Assembly (NCBI RefSeq): GCF_964355755.1
Contig: NC_092675.1
Coordinates: 24,586,912-24,650,911 of the forward strand
Origin: Antedon mediterranea
Taxonomy: Eukaryota; Animalia; Echinodermata
Direction: 5' to 3'
DNA length: 64,000 nucleotides
Every line of letters begins with the position of its first letter. Positions within the stretch are counted from its first letter, which is position 1. The notes beneath the pieces are model-generated. The model saw nothing but the letters and a program-made list of their open reading frames with translations, searched no databases and was not told the origin of the DNA. Positions 1 to 11,300 of this stretch are shown here, in pieces. The position numbers were made by a program, and so were the translations under genes.

Positions 1-139
1 CGATATTAGGAAGCATTTAAATTACGACGGCTACCTCCTGGTTTAAAATTTATATATATTTGTTTATCATAAAATTTAAAGCTTTGTAATAACAATAATA
101 ACCCTACTTATTTTAGCAAAACAATAGAAACTTTAAATC

Positions 140-450
140 ATGAGCTAACCTTTGAACCTGGATCTACCGAAACCTGGACCTACTTTGAACATGGAGCTAC
201 CCTTTAAACCTGGATCTATCCTTTATACCTGGATCTACCCCTTGAACCTGGATCTACCCTTTGAACCTGGATCTACCCTTTGAACTTTAAGCTACTTTTA
301 AACCTGGAGCTCCCCTTTGAACCTGGATATACCGAAACCTGGACCTACTTTCAACATGGAGCTACCCTTTAAACCTAGATCTACCCTTTGAACCTAAATT
401 TACCGTTCGAGCTTTGAGCTACCATTTGAACTTGGGACTACCCTTTGAAC
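140..450. repeat. ~19-20 bp degenerate minisatellite (CCCTTTGAACCTGGATCTA)
   Basis: About 15 imperfect tandem copies read directly, in an arylsulfatase intron. Confidence 0.85.
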
Positions 451-539
451 TCACACACCAGATACTATGAATAATATTATGTCATTAAATATTGTCATTT
501 GGGAAATTACTGTATTGTTTTTAAGAATCATAGGCCTAC

Positions 540-3500
540 TTGATAGTATTCCACTGGTTGATTCCATCCAGGGGTTTTGTCCCGTTTGTGTTCCATCCAG
601 CTATACCTTCAACAATGGTGGGAAACCAATCACTAACGTGGATCAGTCGATTGTTAATAGTGCCCTTAACGTTTCCCGAAAGTAATGGACTATGGACAAA
701 TCCAACAGCTCGGATACCTCCTTCGAACAGCGAGAACTTGAAACCACGTAATGGCCAGTTATTACCGGCGCCTCCTTGAATAACGTCACTTCCTACAGCG
801 CCACCATTATCTAGAATGATAATATGTATTATTTAAATTATCTATTCTGTTATTTCGACATAACAGAAAAAAATGTTGCCAACTTTGGATTAGGCGACAA
901 CAACGTAATACTCACCACTAGAAAATATTATGATAGTGTCTTCATAGATTCCAGTTTCTTTCAATGCATCTACGACCTAATTAATATTATTAAATCATAA
1001 TATAATTTTTAAATATCATAATATTCAAAACAATAAATGTGATTTCAAAACACATCATCGTACATACAGATATCTTACCCTCACTTCCGTGAATATGGGA
1101 AGTCTACAGGACCCGACATGATACCAGCAAAATGACTTACTAAGCGGTTGATATTCTAGAAAGGAAGATTGGAAAGAGGGATATACATAGTAACATTACA
1201 GAGCAATAATGTTTATTTCCATGTCCTGGAAGCTGTTAACAGGCTGGCTTAAGGAAAGGAAGATTATCAGACCCGGAAGAGTATCATTGAACAGTACACT
1301 CATAGTGATTCTTGACAGGAAATCACTATGGCGTCTATATTAGACTGATCACTTATACATCCATTTCTTTTATGGTAAAGAAATGTCAGACAGCAGAACA
1401 AAAAAAAAAGATGCTGAATGGGTAAAGAACTATCAGACAGCAGAACAAAGTAAGCAAGATGCTGAATGGGTAAAGAACTGTCAGACAGCAGAACAAAGTA
1501 ACAAGATGCTGAATGGGTAAAGAACTGTCAGACAGCAGAACAAAGTAACAAGATGCTGAATGGGTAAAGAACTGTCAGACAGCAGAACAAAGTAACAAAA
1601 TGCTGAATGGGTAAAGAACTGTCAGACAGAAGAACAAAGTAACAAGATGCTGAATGGGTAAAGAACTGTCAGACAGCAGAACAAAGTAACAAGATGCTGA
1701 ATGGGTAAAGAACTGTCAGACAGCAGAACAAAGTAACAAGATGCTGAATGGGTAAAGAACTGTCAGACAGCAGAACAAAGTAACAAGATGCTGAATGGGT
1801 AAAGAACTGTCAGACAGCAGAACAAAGTAAACAAGATGCTGAATGGGTAAAGAACTGTCAGACAGCAGAACAAAGTAAACAAGATGCCGAATGGGTAAAG
1901 CACTGTCAGACAGAAGAACAAAGTAACAAGATGCTGAATGGGTAAAAATCTGTGATAAAAAGCAGAATCCAGTAAACAAGATGCTGCATGGGTAAAGAAC
2001 TGTGAGAAAAAGCAGAATCCAGTAAAAAAGATGCTGATTGGGTAAAGAACTGTTAGAAGGCAGAACCAATTATAATTCATCCAACATGTACGCAAAATCG
2101 TTACAGGAAAAAAGCAGCAAAACAACATGCAGTTCAGTTTATTACAAGTGTTACAACAGCATAATTATAATATTATTATAAGTTTTAAATTACAAAATTC
2201 GACGCTTATTACAAAGTGTCAAATAATAACAATTTTAATAAGGAACCTTAGTTTGAGTAAAATGTCAACTTACCTTTCCAATACCTTCATCTAAACAACT
2301 CACCATCGCGGCATAAGAAAGTCTGTTTTCATCAGTAAATATACCGCGCAGTGGTTCTTTATACTCATCTGGTACTTCGAGTGGAGAATGTGGTGCTTGG
2401 TACGACAGGTACAAAAACAAAGGCTGGGACAAAATGAGTGTTATGTTATTAAATATTTAAATTAATACCGTATAAGTAAATGGCCTGGACTTTTACATTG
2501 ATGAGAGATAGGCATGGGTGGGTTGGGTGGTAATAGTTGCCTTACCTTGTCTTCCGTTTTGTTCTTTATTATGTCTATGGCTTCATCAGTAAAAACGTGA
2601 GTAGAGTATGTACCATTGTACTCAAATGCAGGCAAGTAGTTTCGATGGAAGTCGTAGCCATCAACCAGTGGTGGTATAGATCTGTGACTATAGTGAGTGG
2701 CGACACCAAGATACAACCCTAAACAGAACATACGTTTTGTTTGATTACATTAAGTTATGAAATGTGCAACTAAATTGTGTGACGTTATTTAAAAGATATT
2801 TAATATTTAAAAAATAATTGTCATGTTTACAATTAATAAATTAATCACTGTCATCACCATGGTCATTATTATCTTTATATCCGGTAATGTGCATATCCAG
2901 TTTAGACATTTTATTTTTCAGATTCGGATACCTTTTATTACACACTCTTGCACTTCGCAAAGGTTAAAGATGTATTGTCCCTTTGACTAATTCCCCCCAA
3001 ATTTTTTTTTTAAATTTCGAAAAAAAGTGGGTCATTTTGAAGTATCATAAGAGTTATTAACTTTCACCAAAAATTAGTCGAAAAAAAAATAATTTAACCG
3101 AAATACAGATGTTTTTTTGTTAAAATAAAGTTTTCAATCAAAACATATCTCGTAATGCAACGCGCTTGTTTGGCTACTCTGTATGCATCATAAAACTTCC
3201 TCGCGATCTGTGTGAAAACACCTTCTCAACAGTGACGAGTTGTAAACAATCCTAATTAGCATCATGCATAATGCATACTCATGGTTTAAAATCTTTGTTT
3301 ACTTTTTACGATTTCTCAGACGAAATGTAATCTAATTTATTTACCTGTTAATTATGTAAACTTGTTGTTTTTGGCTTGAATTTCGACTTAAAGTGAATAA
3401 CTTTAATATTACTTTGATATGGCCAATTTAAATTTAGAATATTTTTTTTTTCATTTGTTTGTGTTTCAAGGGACAATACATCTTTAAGAAAAAAGCAGAG

Positions 3501-5636
3501 GTAACCATGCGAACTAGATCATCAACTGTTCTAAGAGCAGTTTTATAGGTCCTATTCTGCAACACTAATAATAATAATAATAAATAGATAATAACATTAA
3601 CTCGATCATATAGGTTAAGTATTGTTCGATCTATAAGATTACCTTGGTTTTACTATTTCATTTTTTACTTGTATAATTCGCTTCTTATTTAAGACTTAAA
3701 TGTTATTTTTGATACTTGTAAATGAACGGTGACGGTGCGTCTTATAAACGTGTGCCGCTGATACAAAAGCGTTTGTTCAATAAAGTTTATCCATGGAGGT
3801 ATAAAAATATACGCTGCCGCTCCTGTAATCCAATGGACGTCAATCGAGCGGACATAATATTGTTTATTCTTTCGGTAACTACAATTATTTTAGTACAATC
3901 TTGTTGAGCGTGTCAAATGGCCGAGCGATTAAACCATGGGCGTTTTACCGTACTTAATATCGGCATGGGTTCGAGGCCGATTCTTACACTTACTTTGTAT
4001 CATGTGATCCACAATTAAAAGAAAGGTATAGGATGTATGTTATAATAGAGGGTACTTTAGATAACTTTATGACGTTATCCAAATTCCTTCACTTGCACTG
4101 ATGAAGGGCTAGTGTTTCCCAAAAGCTCTGCTAACTTTTCTGGCTGTTTTACTTTATCGTTTTGATTTAGCTTTTCGCTTTTTTTGTTGTATCTCCATTG
4201 AAACCTCCAGCCACTGATACCCATAGCATTGTCATTTTTCAGTAATTTGCCTTTGGATTTATAATAGTAGTTTAGTTAGATGCAATATTTATAAGGTGCG
4301 GTATTACTATGCAAATCAATATTTACCCAAGAATGAATCGAAACCTCTGTTATTTGGAAGACATGCCTCATCATAGTAACCTAGATGCCATTTTCCTACC
4401 AAATGAGTAGAATAGCCAGCTTCTTTCATCTTCTGAGCCAAAGTTATTTCGTCAGTTGGTAAGCAAGATGGTATTGAATCTGTGAAAACGCCATGCTGTA
4501 ATCCTGTACGAATCTAAATAAAGAAAACCAAACGTTATTCTAAAATATATCGTTGTAATAAATTACCATTCCTTAATATGAACATTCTAGAATAAGATGT
4601 TTTGATTAAAGAAACCATGTATAATTATTATAAGAACAATCAGGAACATTCCAGTATGCTATTAATAGAAACTGTAATAAATCCAATAGAATAAGAAGTA
4701 TAAAGAATGATCTAGAAGGATAGGAACATCTTGTATATAAAGGGATGTAAAACTATTGTAAGGTTGTTGGATTAGAGGTTGGATATTAGAGGTTGGATAT
4801 TATTACCGTATATTGTAAAAGTTATTGTGAAGCTGTTGTTTAAAAAGTGCTTACTGGATTGTTGAAAGTTGAAGTTGATTGAAATTAAAGCTTTGTTTTT
4901 TGAGTTATTTTACAACTTTGTGGATTTTGTGTGTATACTTTTATGTCACAAGGGAGTTCCTAAAGTATTGTCAACCGCTCGGAAACATACGTAAGAGGAG
5001 CTCGTGACAATCGTTTGTCTGTCTTAATGCGTCGATAAAAAAATAATTATTAAACACCACCAAAAAAAGAAGGAATAAACTTGCCTCATCTGACCATGGA
5101 TTAATCCATGATCTGAATGTACCTTATTCGAAGGTTCATTTGTTTGTCTTCGAGTAGGACATTATTAATACTATTTCAGGTAAATTCTACCCATACTGGC
5201 ATGCTTTGGCAGGTTTATTCACGTTTATGAATAACTATCATCGTGTGACTGTTACTGCACTGCAGATGGATAGAATCAAGTAATTCTTGGTCATAAAATA
5301 AGATAACACATTACCTGATTAAATCTTCTGAACACGTACAGTAGTACTGTAGGCCACTAATCTTACCTGATATCGACCGGTCATCAGCTGACTTCTGGTG
5401 GGCGAACATCTTGTTTGAACGTAATAATTTTCTAACTTCACACCTTCAGCAGCCAATTTATCTATTACAGGGGTATCGAACAGCGCCCCGTGGTATCCGA
5501 CATCCCGATACCCTTGGTCATCTGTCAAAATGAATATTACGTTAGGTTGTTTATAGCCTACAACAGCAGAGAACTGAAAGCTAAGGAAAACAAGAATAGG
5601 GTTAAGGATGTTACACGCCATTTTCTCACTAAACAT
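540..5636 (-). CDS. Arylsulfatase B/I/J-like sulfatase, first 6 exons (3' end outside window)
   Basis: Exons 5367-5636 (ATG at 5636 or 5621), 4327-4513, 2546-2718, 2274-2423, 916-976, 540-810, joined in frame through GT-AG introns. Signal peptide, [12 protein letters not shown], formylglycine motif [66 protein letters not shown]. Confidence 0.93.
1385..2068. repeat. 47 bp minisatellite (AAGATGCTGAATGGGTAAAGAACTGTCAGACAGCAGAACAAAGTAAC), about 14 copies
   Basis: Near-perfect central copies with degenerate edges; intronic. Confidence 0.92.
2968..3483. mobile_element. Non-autonomous Kolobok-type DNA transposon (MITE)
   Basis: 16 bp perfect TIR AGATGTATTGTCCCTT / AAGGGACAATACATCT, flanked by TTAA at 2964-2967 and 3484-3487. 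AG...CT termini with TTAA fit Kolobok better than piggyBac (CC...GG). Confidence 0.8.
3907..3990 (+). mobile_element. tRNA-derived SINE head (degenerate)
   Basis: A-box-like TGGCCGAGCGATT and B-box-like GGGTTCGAGGCC; no intact cloverleaf. Confidence 0.45.
4090..4258 (+). mobile_element. Penelope-like terminal fragment with minimal type I hammerhead motif (mutated core)
   Basis: GCA-CTGATGA-AGGGCTAGTGTTTCCC-AAAA-GCTC-TGC; related inverted copy at 58022-58144 has the intact CCCGAAAGCTCTGC. Confidence 0.6.
4554..5009. mobile_element. Solo LTR of an LTR retrotransposon
   Basis: TG...CA termini (TGTAA...TGACA), perfect 5 bp TSD ATCGT at 4549-4553 and 5010-5014, internal TATA-like TATATAAAG and ATTAAA. 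Confidence 0.75.
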
Positions 5637-6888
5637 TTACTTTTTGGTGCAGATCGTAGACAATGCCAACCAATTGGAGTTTGGTTGTGACTTTGTGTAG
5701 TAGTAAATATGAATAGGGCTAATCTATGTAATCCGTAGAATGACAATGGGGTGTCAGGAAACCTAAGACCACGAAAGCTAAGACCCCCTAAGACCTAAGA
5801 TCACAAAAGCTAAGACCCAAGAACTAAGATTACAAATATTTATCTTTCGCACCTGCCTTGTATTTTAACTCCCAACATTTATTCTGAATACCACACCTTA
5901 GAATTAGAATGATCATATTTATATTATTGAAGTGCAATGATCGATAAAAAAAGGTAAACTCAAATAACAGTTTCCTTATTCCTTTTCATAAAGTTGTTTA
6001 AATTAAAATTTATCTAAAAGAAGAAAGAACAAATACTGGTCTATGCATTTGGAATAAATGAGAAGTACAGTATGACTATTGATTTCATTAGTTATTCATT
6101 AATCCATGGTATAATTAAGAACGAAATGATAGAAAAAGAAGAAGGTTAAATTTAAATTTCGCAATTAGACAATGTGAAAGATTTCCAATTTTCAAGAATG
6201 TAGACAGTTCTTTACGTTTGTGGCTCAGGGACGGACGCAGGGGTGTTGCTCCAGTTGCCCCAGTTGCCCGGGCAACACCCTAAATTTCATACTTAAATGT
6301 TTTTTTCTGCCACTAATACAGATTTAGATCCTATCTCATCATATTATAGATTAACTATTAACATTATAGAAGTCCGGGGTTGGAAAAGGCTATAGGGCCT
6401 AGGCCTATGTAAATTGACAGACTGTGCCAGCGTAAAATTAACCAGAAGTCAACAATACCGAGCATAATTTGCCGGCGGTCAGCGTTTTTGTTGTATGGTT
6501 ACTGTTTGAATTGCTTGTGTCCATGAGAAGGTACAAAAATCCCGTCATATGAGTGGTTGATTTCTCCGTAATCATTGCATTTTGCCGGGGATTCCCCATC
6601 ATTTTTAAGTATTTCCATATTTATCTTCATTTCCTTACTTCCGTAATATTTCGCCGCATTTCAGTTGTAATTACGGACGTTCCGAACTTTGAAAATACAG
6701 TGTTTAATTTTTTCTTTCTACAAAATTTGATTATATTTTCTTTTCTCGAGTGTGGTTGTACAGTTTATAGTGGATAAATGAAAATGAATTGATAATAATT
6801 AATTTGTATTAATTGATTTAATTCCTAGAATTTATTACATTACCGGAAGTACCTTCGTCGGGGACCTCCATCGACAGATGTTCTCTAA

Positions 6889-7067
6889 AGCTTGGTTCCC
6901 ACTAGAACGTAACGCAAGGACGTAAACGCAACGCAAGCGAATTGACCAATCACAAGCGATGGCTTATTCGCTTGTGATTGCTAACTGTCTATAACTTCGC
7001 TTGTCATTGGTTAAAACGCTTGCGTTGCGTTTACGTCCTTGCGTTACGTTCTAGTGGGAACCAAGCT
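6889..7067. mobile_element. Fold-back MITE, PIF/Harbinger-like
   Basis: Long TIR AGCTTGGTTCCCACTAGAACGTAACGCAAGGACGTAAACGCAACGCAAGCG, flanked by TAA/TTA; decayed relative at about 32972-33112. Confidence 0.8.
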
Positions 7068-7074
7068 TTAGTGG

Positions 7075-7325
7075 TTTGTTTGCGGTTTTCTTTGTTGTTA
7101 CGTTAGTGGCTTGTTTGTTATGTAATGGTTTTTTTGCTGTTACGTTAGTGGTTTGCTTGCTTTTACGTTTAGTGGCTTGTTTGTTACGTTAGTGGTTTGT
7201 TTGCTGTTACGTTAGTGGGTTGTTTGCTGTTACGTTAGTGGTTTATTTACTGTTACGTTCATGGTTTGTTTTCTGTTAGGTTAGTGGTCCATTTATTTTT
7301 TACGTTAGTAGTTTGTTACGTTAGC
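7075..7325. repeat. ~22 bp minisatellite (GTTACGTTAGTGGTTTGTTTGCT)
   Basis: About 11 imperfect tandem copies directly after the MITE. Confidence 0.8.
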
Positions 7326-8390
7326 GAGTGATACAGTACGTATATCAATTGCAACATATACTTGCATTGATTAGGGAATTTCTAAATCAAATCAAATCGA
7401 CTACTGTAAATAATTAAAACCAGTAAATAACGAACATAGTGACGTCAATATTTTATTCATAATCTTAATTAAATATCGAAAAAGCTGAGAGTTTAAATTA
7501 CTGTATTACAGGATTAGCAATTATACAATTATATTGCTTATCAAAGATAATTATTATCCATAAAATAGAATGTAGGAGTAAGCCTATTGCATAATAAATT
7601 TAACCTTGCAGCTGCGTAAGCATCCATAACAAAATCAGACTATGAACCCTTTTGATTTTATTAAATTAGAAAAACAGGAAAAAAGTGTTCATTCAATTTT
7701 TTTTTAAAGAATACTGTATTATAATAAGCGATGAAACTGCTGACAATGCTGAAATGATTTATATGTTCAGTACAAAATGATGATAGTATATATTGACGAA
7801 TTTGTGATGTTGATTGTCAAAGTTGAATGAATGATTATATGTTGTTATTAATTAGGTCTTTTGAAAATGAAAAAAACATGAAACCCACAGATTATTGCTA
7901 CAAATGATTGTAAATAAAATATAGTAAATTAAATAGATTAAAAAATCACAATTCTGATGTCAAGATATTCTACATTTCTAGTAAGTAAAATACAGTAAAG
8001 TGTTGACTGATATATACCAATATATCGGTCAATATATCAATTAGGAATTTAAACAGACAATTATTAGAGAAAATAATTAGTAATTAAGGCAACGTTTAGA
8101 GTACTTTTTAATTTCAATTACTCTAGAAAAAATAGAAAACTCCATAGGAGCCTTTTACCAAATTTGTATATAAACATGTTTTTATATAAATAGCAAGAAA
8201 GCAGAGAGAAACTGCATTGGTATTGTAGGTAACGATTACAAATTCCATCAAGTATTTATACAAACAACATGAAAAAAATCATCATCATTGTATTAAGCAA
8301 TGAATTAACTGTGCATAAACAAATTGACAAAGAAGACAAATCAACTAATAATAATTGCTTGAAAAAATTATTTTCTTCTTGAATTTCTGC

Positions 8391-11300
8391 TTATTCATTC
8401 TTGACAAAGTGCCATTTATCCACTGTGTAAAAAAAGAAAGAAACATGTTTGTTAATCTGAGAAATGACAACATAAAATGCTGAATTGTCCAATAAAAAAG
8501 TCCAATTATTCACGTGGCTATCCCTCCCTCCACCCCCCTCCCCCCAAAATCATACAACTTTTGACTGGTCTTTCAGAACACCAGATTCTTGGCCAAGTCT
8601 AACGCCCGTATTCTTAAACCGGACTTTAGTCGTAGTTCGAAGTTCGACTTGAAAAAGTCGTAGTTCGAGCTATTACTTCAAATTCGATTAAAAAACGAAG
8701 TAGTCGAAGTTTGCAGTTCGACTTAATGAAGTCGAGCTTTTAGTCGAGTTGCACACGTCTGGGTAACAAAGGCTATACATTGGCCAATGACAAGAGAGTA
8801 TTTGAGGAGCAGACAAAATTTTGCGCATTGATATCACTTTCCATTTCTTACAACACTTTTTACGCATCAGGACTATATACATGAAAAATAATTTTAATCG
8901 TTAATTATTAGAACAATATCAGTATTAATTTAACAGTGAAGTATATTTGATTAACAACAAATAAAATCTTCAAAATATATTTAGGAACCATGGCGGTACG
9001 GTAACTTTTATATTTTCTAGGCCCCCAACAAAGTATGATCGCGACGAACCACGCACTTCAAAGCGTGACAAGAAAGCGCTAGGCCCCCTAAACATTCCAT
9101 CGCGTGGTGAATTGCCGCATCTCCCATTGTCGCTATGGCGTGACGTAGCTCAAGTCGGACTTGCGCGAAGAAAATAATGTAATTTGTATACAGTTGTAAA
9201 TAAAGATGATTTTCATTATTATAACTTATATTCATTAAGCTAATATAAATATAGATATTTCATTCTTCAATATCTGGCCAATATAACAACTCAATGACTG
9301 TTACGTTTTTTATAAACATCGTTTAAAAACCATTTAGTCGACCATTTAGCCTGCCCCCTCCAGGACTAAAAAAATCGATCAAAATCCGTCTCGATTTAGT
9401 CGAGGTTGGCCTGATTTAGTCGGTGATTTAGTTGAAGTTCGGTTTATGAATTAAAATGATGTCATTTTTTTAGTTTTAGCTCGAACTACGACTAAAGTCC
9501 GGTTTAAGAATACGGGCGTTAGTGTCTGATATTGGGAAAGTTACCCTTACTGCACGGGTGATGTGATTCAGTTACGATGAGTTCCTTTCAGTTCAGGAAA
9601 AAAATAGAACATAGGCCACTGAGAGCTTATGCTAACATTTTGTGTGCCCTTGTCAGTTGCTTGAAGCACTTGTGTTGACAAAGTTGAGTTGCATTGACAT
9701 AAGCTTACCTTTACCATTTACACAATATTATTTAATGCTGGAATTGCTTAAATTACTCTGTCTTAAAGTTAAAATCTATACTTACTGTCTGCAGGTAAAT
9801 CCTCAGATTCTGCTTGAAACTGCAAAATAAAAACACATTGAAAAAAAATCAACATCCAGCGACTAACAGTAACCCTCATTTCAATAATTTTACTTGGTTT
9901 ACTACAAAAAGTATGGCAGCAACACATACACACAACATATCACTTTACATTTTAATAGTATTTTAACATTGCCATTTGCAATTTGATGTATTTCTTCTTT
10001 GTTGTTTATTGTCTTTTATGCCAAGCAAAACAAATTTCCATTTTAAAATGGACCAATAAAATTTCTTGAATCTTGAATGAAAATAACATACAAAACTAAT
10101 GCACAAGTGTGTGTTTGTGGAGATGCAGTGCACTTGATGGTATTGAACAATGGTGTGACATGCACTACATTGTGAATACCCAATAAAGTGTAACATGCAC
10201 GAGGCGCATATTGTGAGTACTAAAGATTCAAAAGTCCCCACTATCTCATTTCAAACAATATCATCATTAAATTCACAAGCTCCAGTAATTATGTTTGTGT
10301 AAACTTACAGTCTGTTTTTCAACTTGGTCCTGTGCCATTGCAGCTGGTATTGTATGCACACTACCAGCAACTGTCGTGTTTTGACTACAATCAGAAAATT
10401 TAAGTAAATTTATACAAACTAATAATGACATTTCACTTAAACGGTGATCTGTAGTTTTTTTCGTGAAATGTTAATGTAGGTATCAATCTTTTAAATTAAA
10501 TCTAACTAAATCTTTTAACCTGTTCCTTAAGGCATCTTTTTCCACAAGACAGTACACTATTGTTGGTAGATTTGGATAACGCTGGCTGGGTTATCCAAGA
10601 CCATTAAATAAAATTGGTACAGGGCCCAAAAGGAAACCACTGCATAGCAACTACGATTTTGAACAAAAAAAGACCCAAACTTTGTGCTGATTACTAGCTG
10701 CATTATGGGAGTATGTTTCCATACGTGTTGGATCCAAAAAATGACTGTGGTAATAATGTTCAGCGCTTAGAGGTGTTATATAAATCCAGCATATTATTAT
10801 TATCCTGCCTCGCACAATTCATAGTAAATTGCTTACACAAAGATATGGAAAATGCATGTTGGATCAATCAGGAGGAATTATTTGAAAACTAAATAATTTC
10901 TCCATGAATCCTAATGGTTTTTTTTTTTTTATTAAACATTTTAATAAAAATGTAATCATTAAAATGGTTACCTAATCGCATTCCAATATTACAAAAAAAA
11001 AATTTAAATATGAAAACACATAAATTCAGCATGATTAAAGATGTCAAGAAATGAGATGGAATATTATCAAAAGCATAGAAAATCAATTTTTTTTTAAAAC
11101 TAGCAATAACATTTAAGATATTACCATTTTATTCCTTTTGGTTCAGTTGTTCCCTGCATCAACTTTTTCCACTGGTCATGACATGTTTTAACAACTTTTG
11201 AAGCAAATTCCTTGAAAATAAAACAAAATAAAAATTGGTAGTTGATTCCAAATATATAAAAAACTAGTACTAGGCTTGGTCCACTTCTGCCTGCCACATA

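Noticed and set aside
1385-2128. CRISPR-like array and repetitive ORFs 1716-2128
   Set aside because: Head-to-tail 47 bp repeats with no unique spacers, inside a eukaryotic intron; the ORFs are repeat artefacts.
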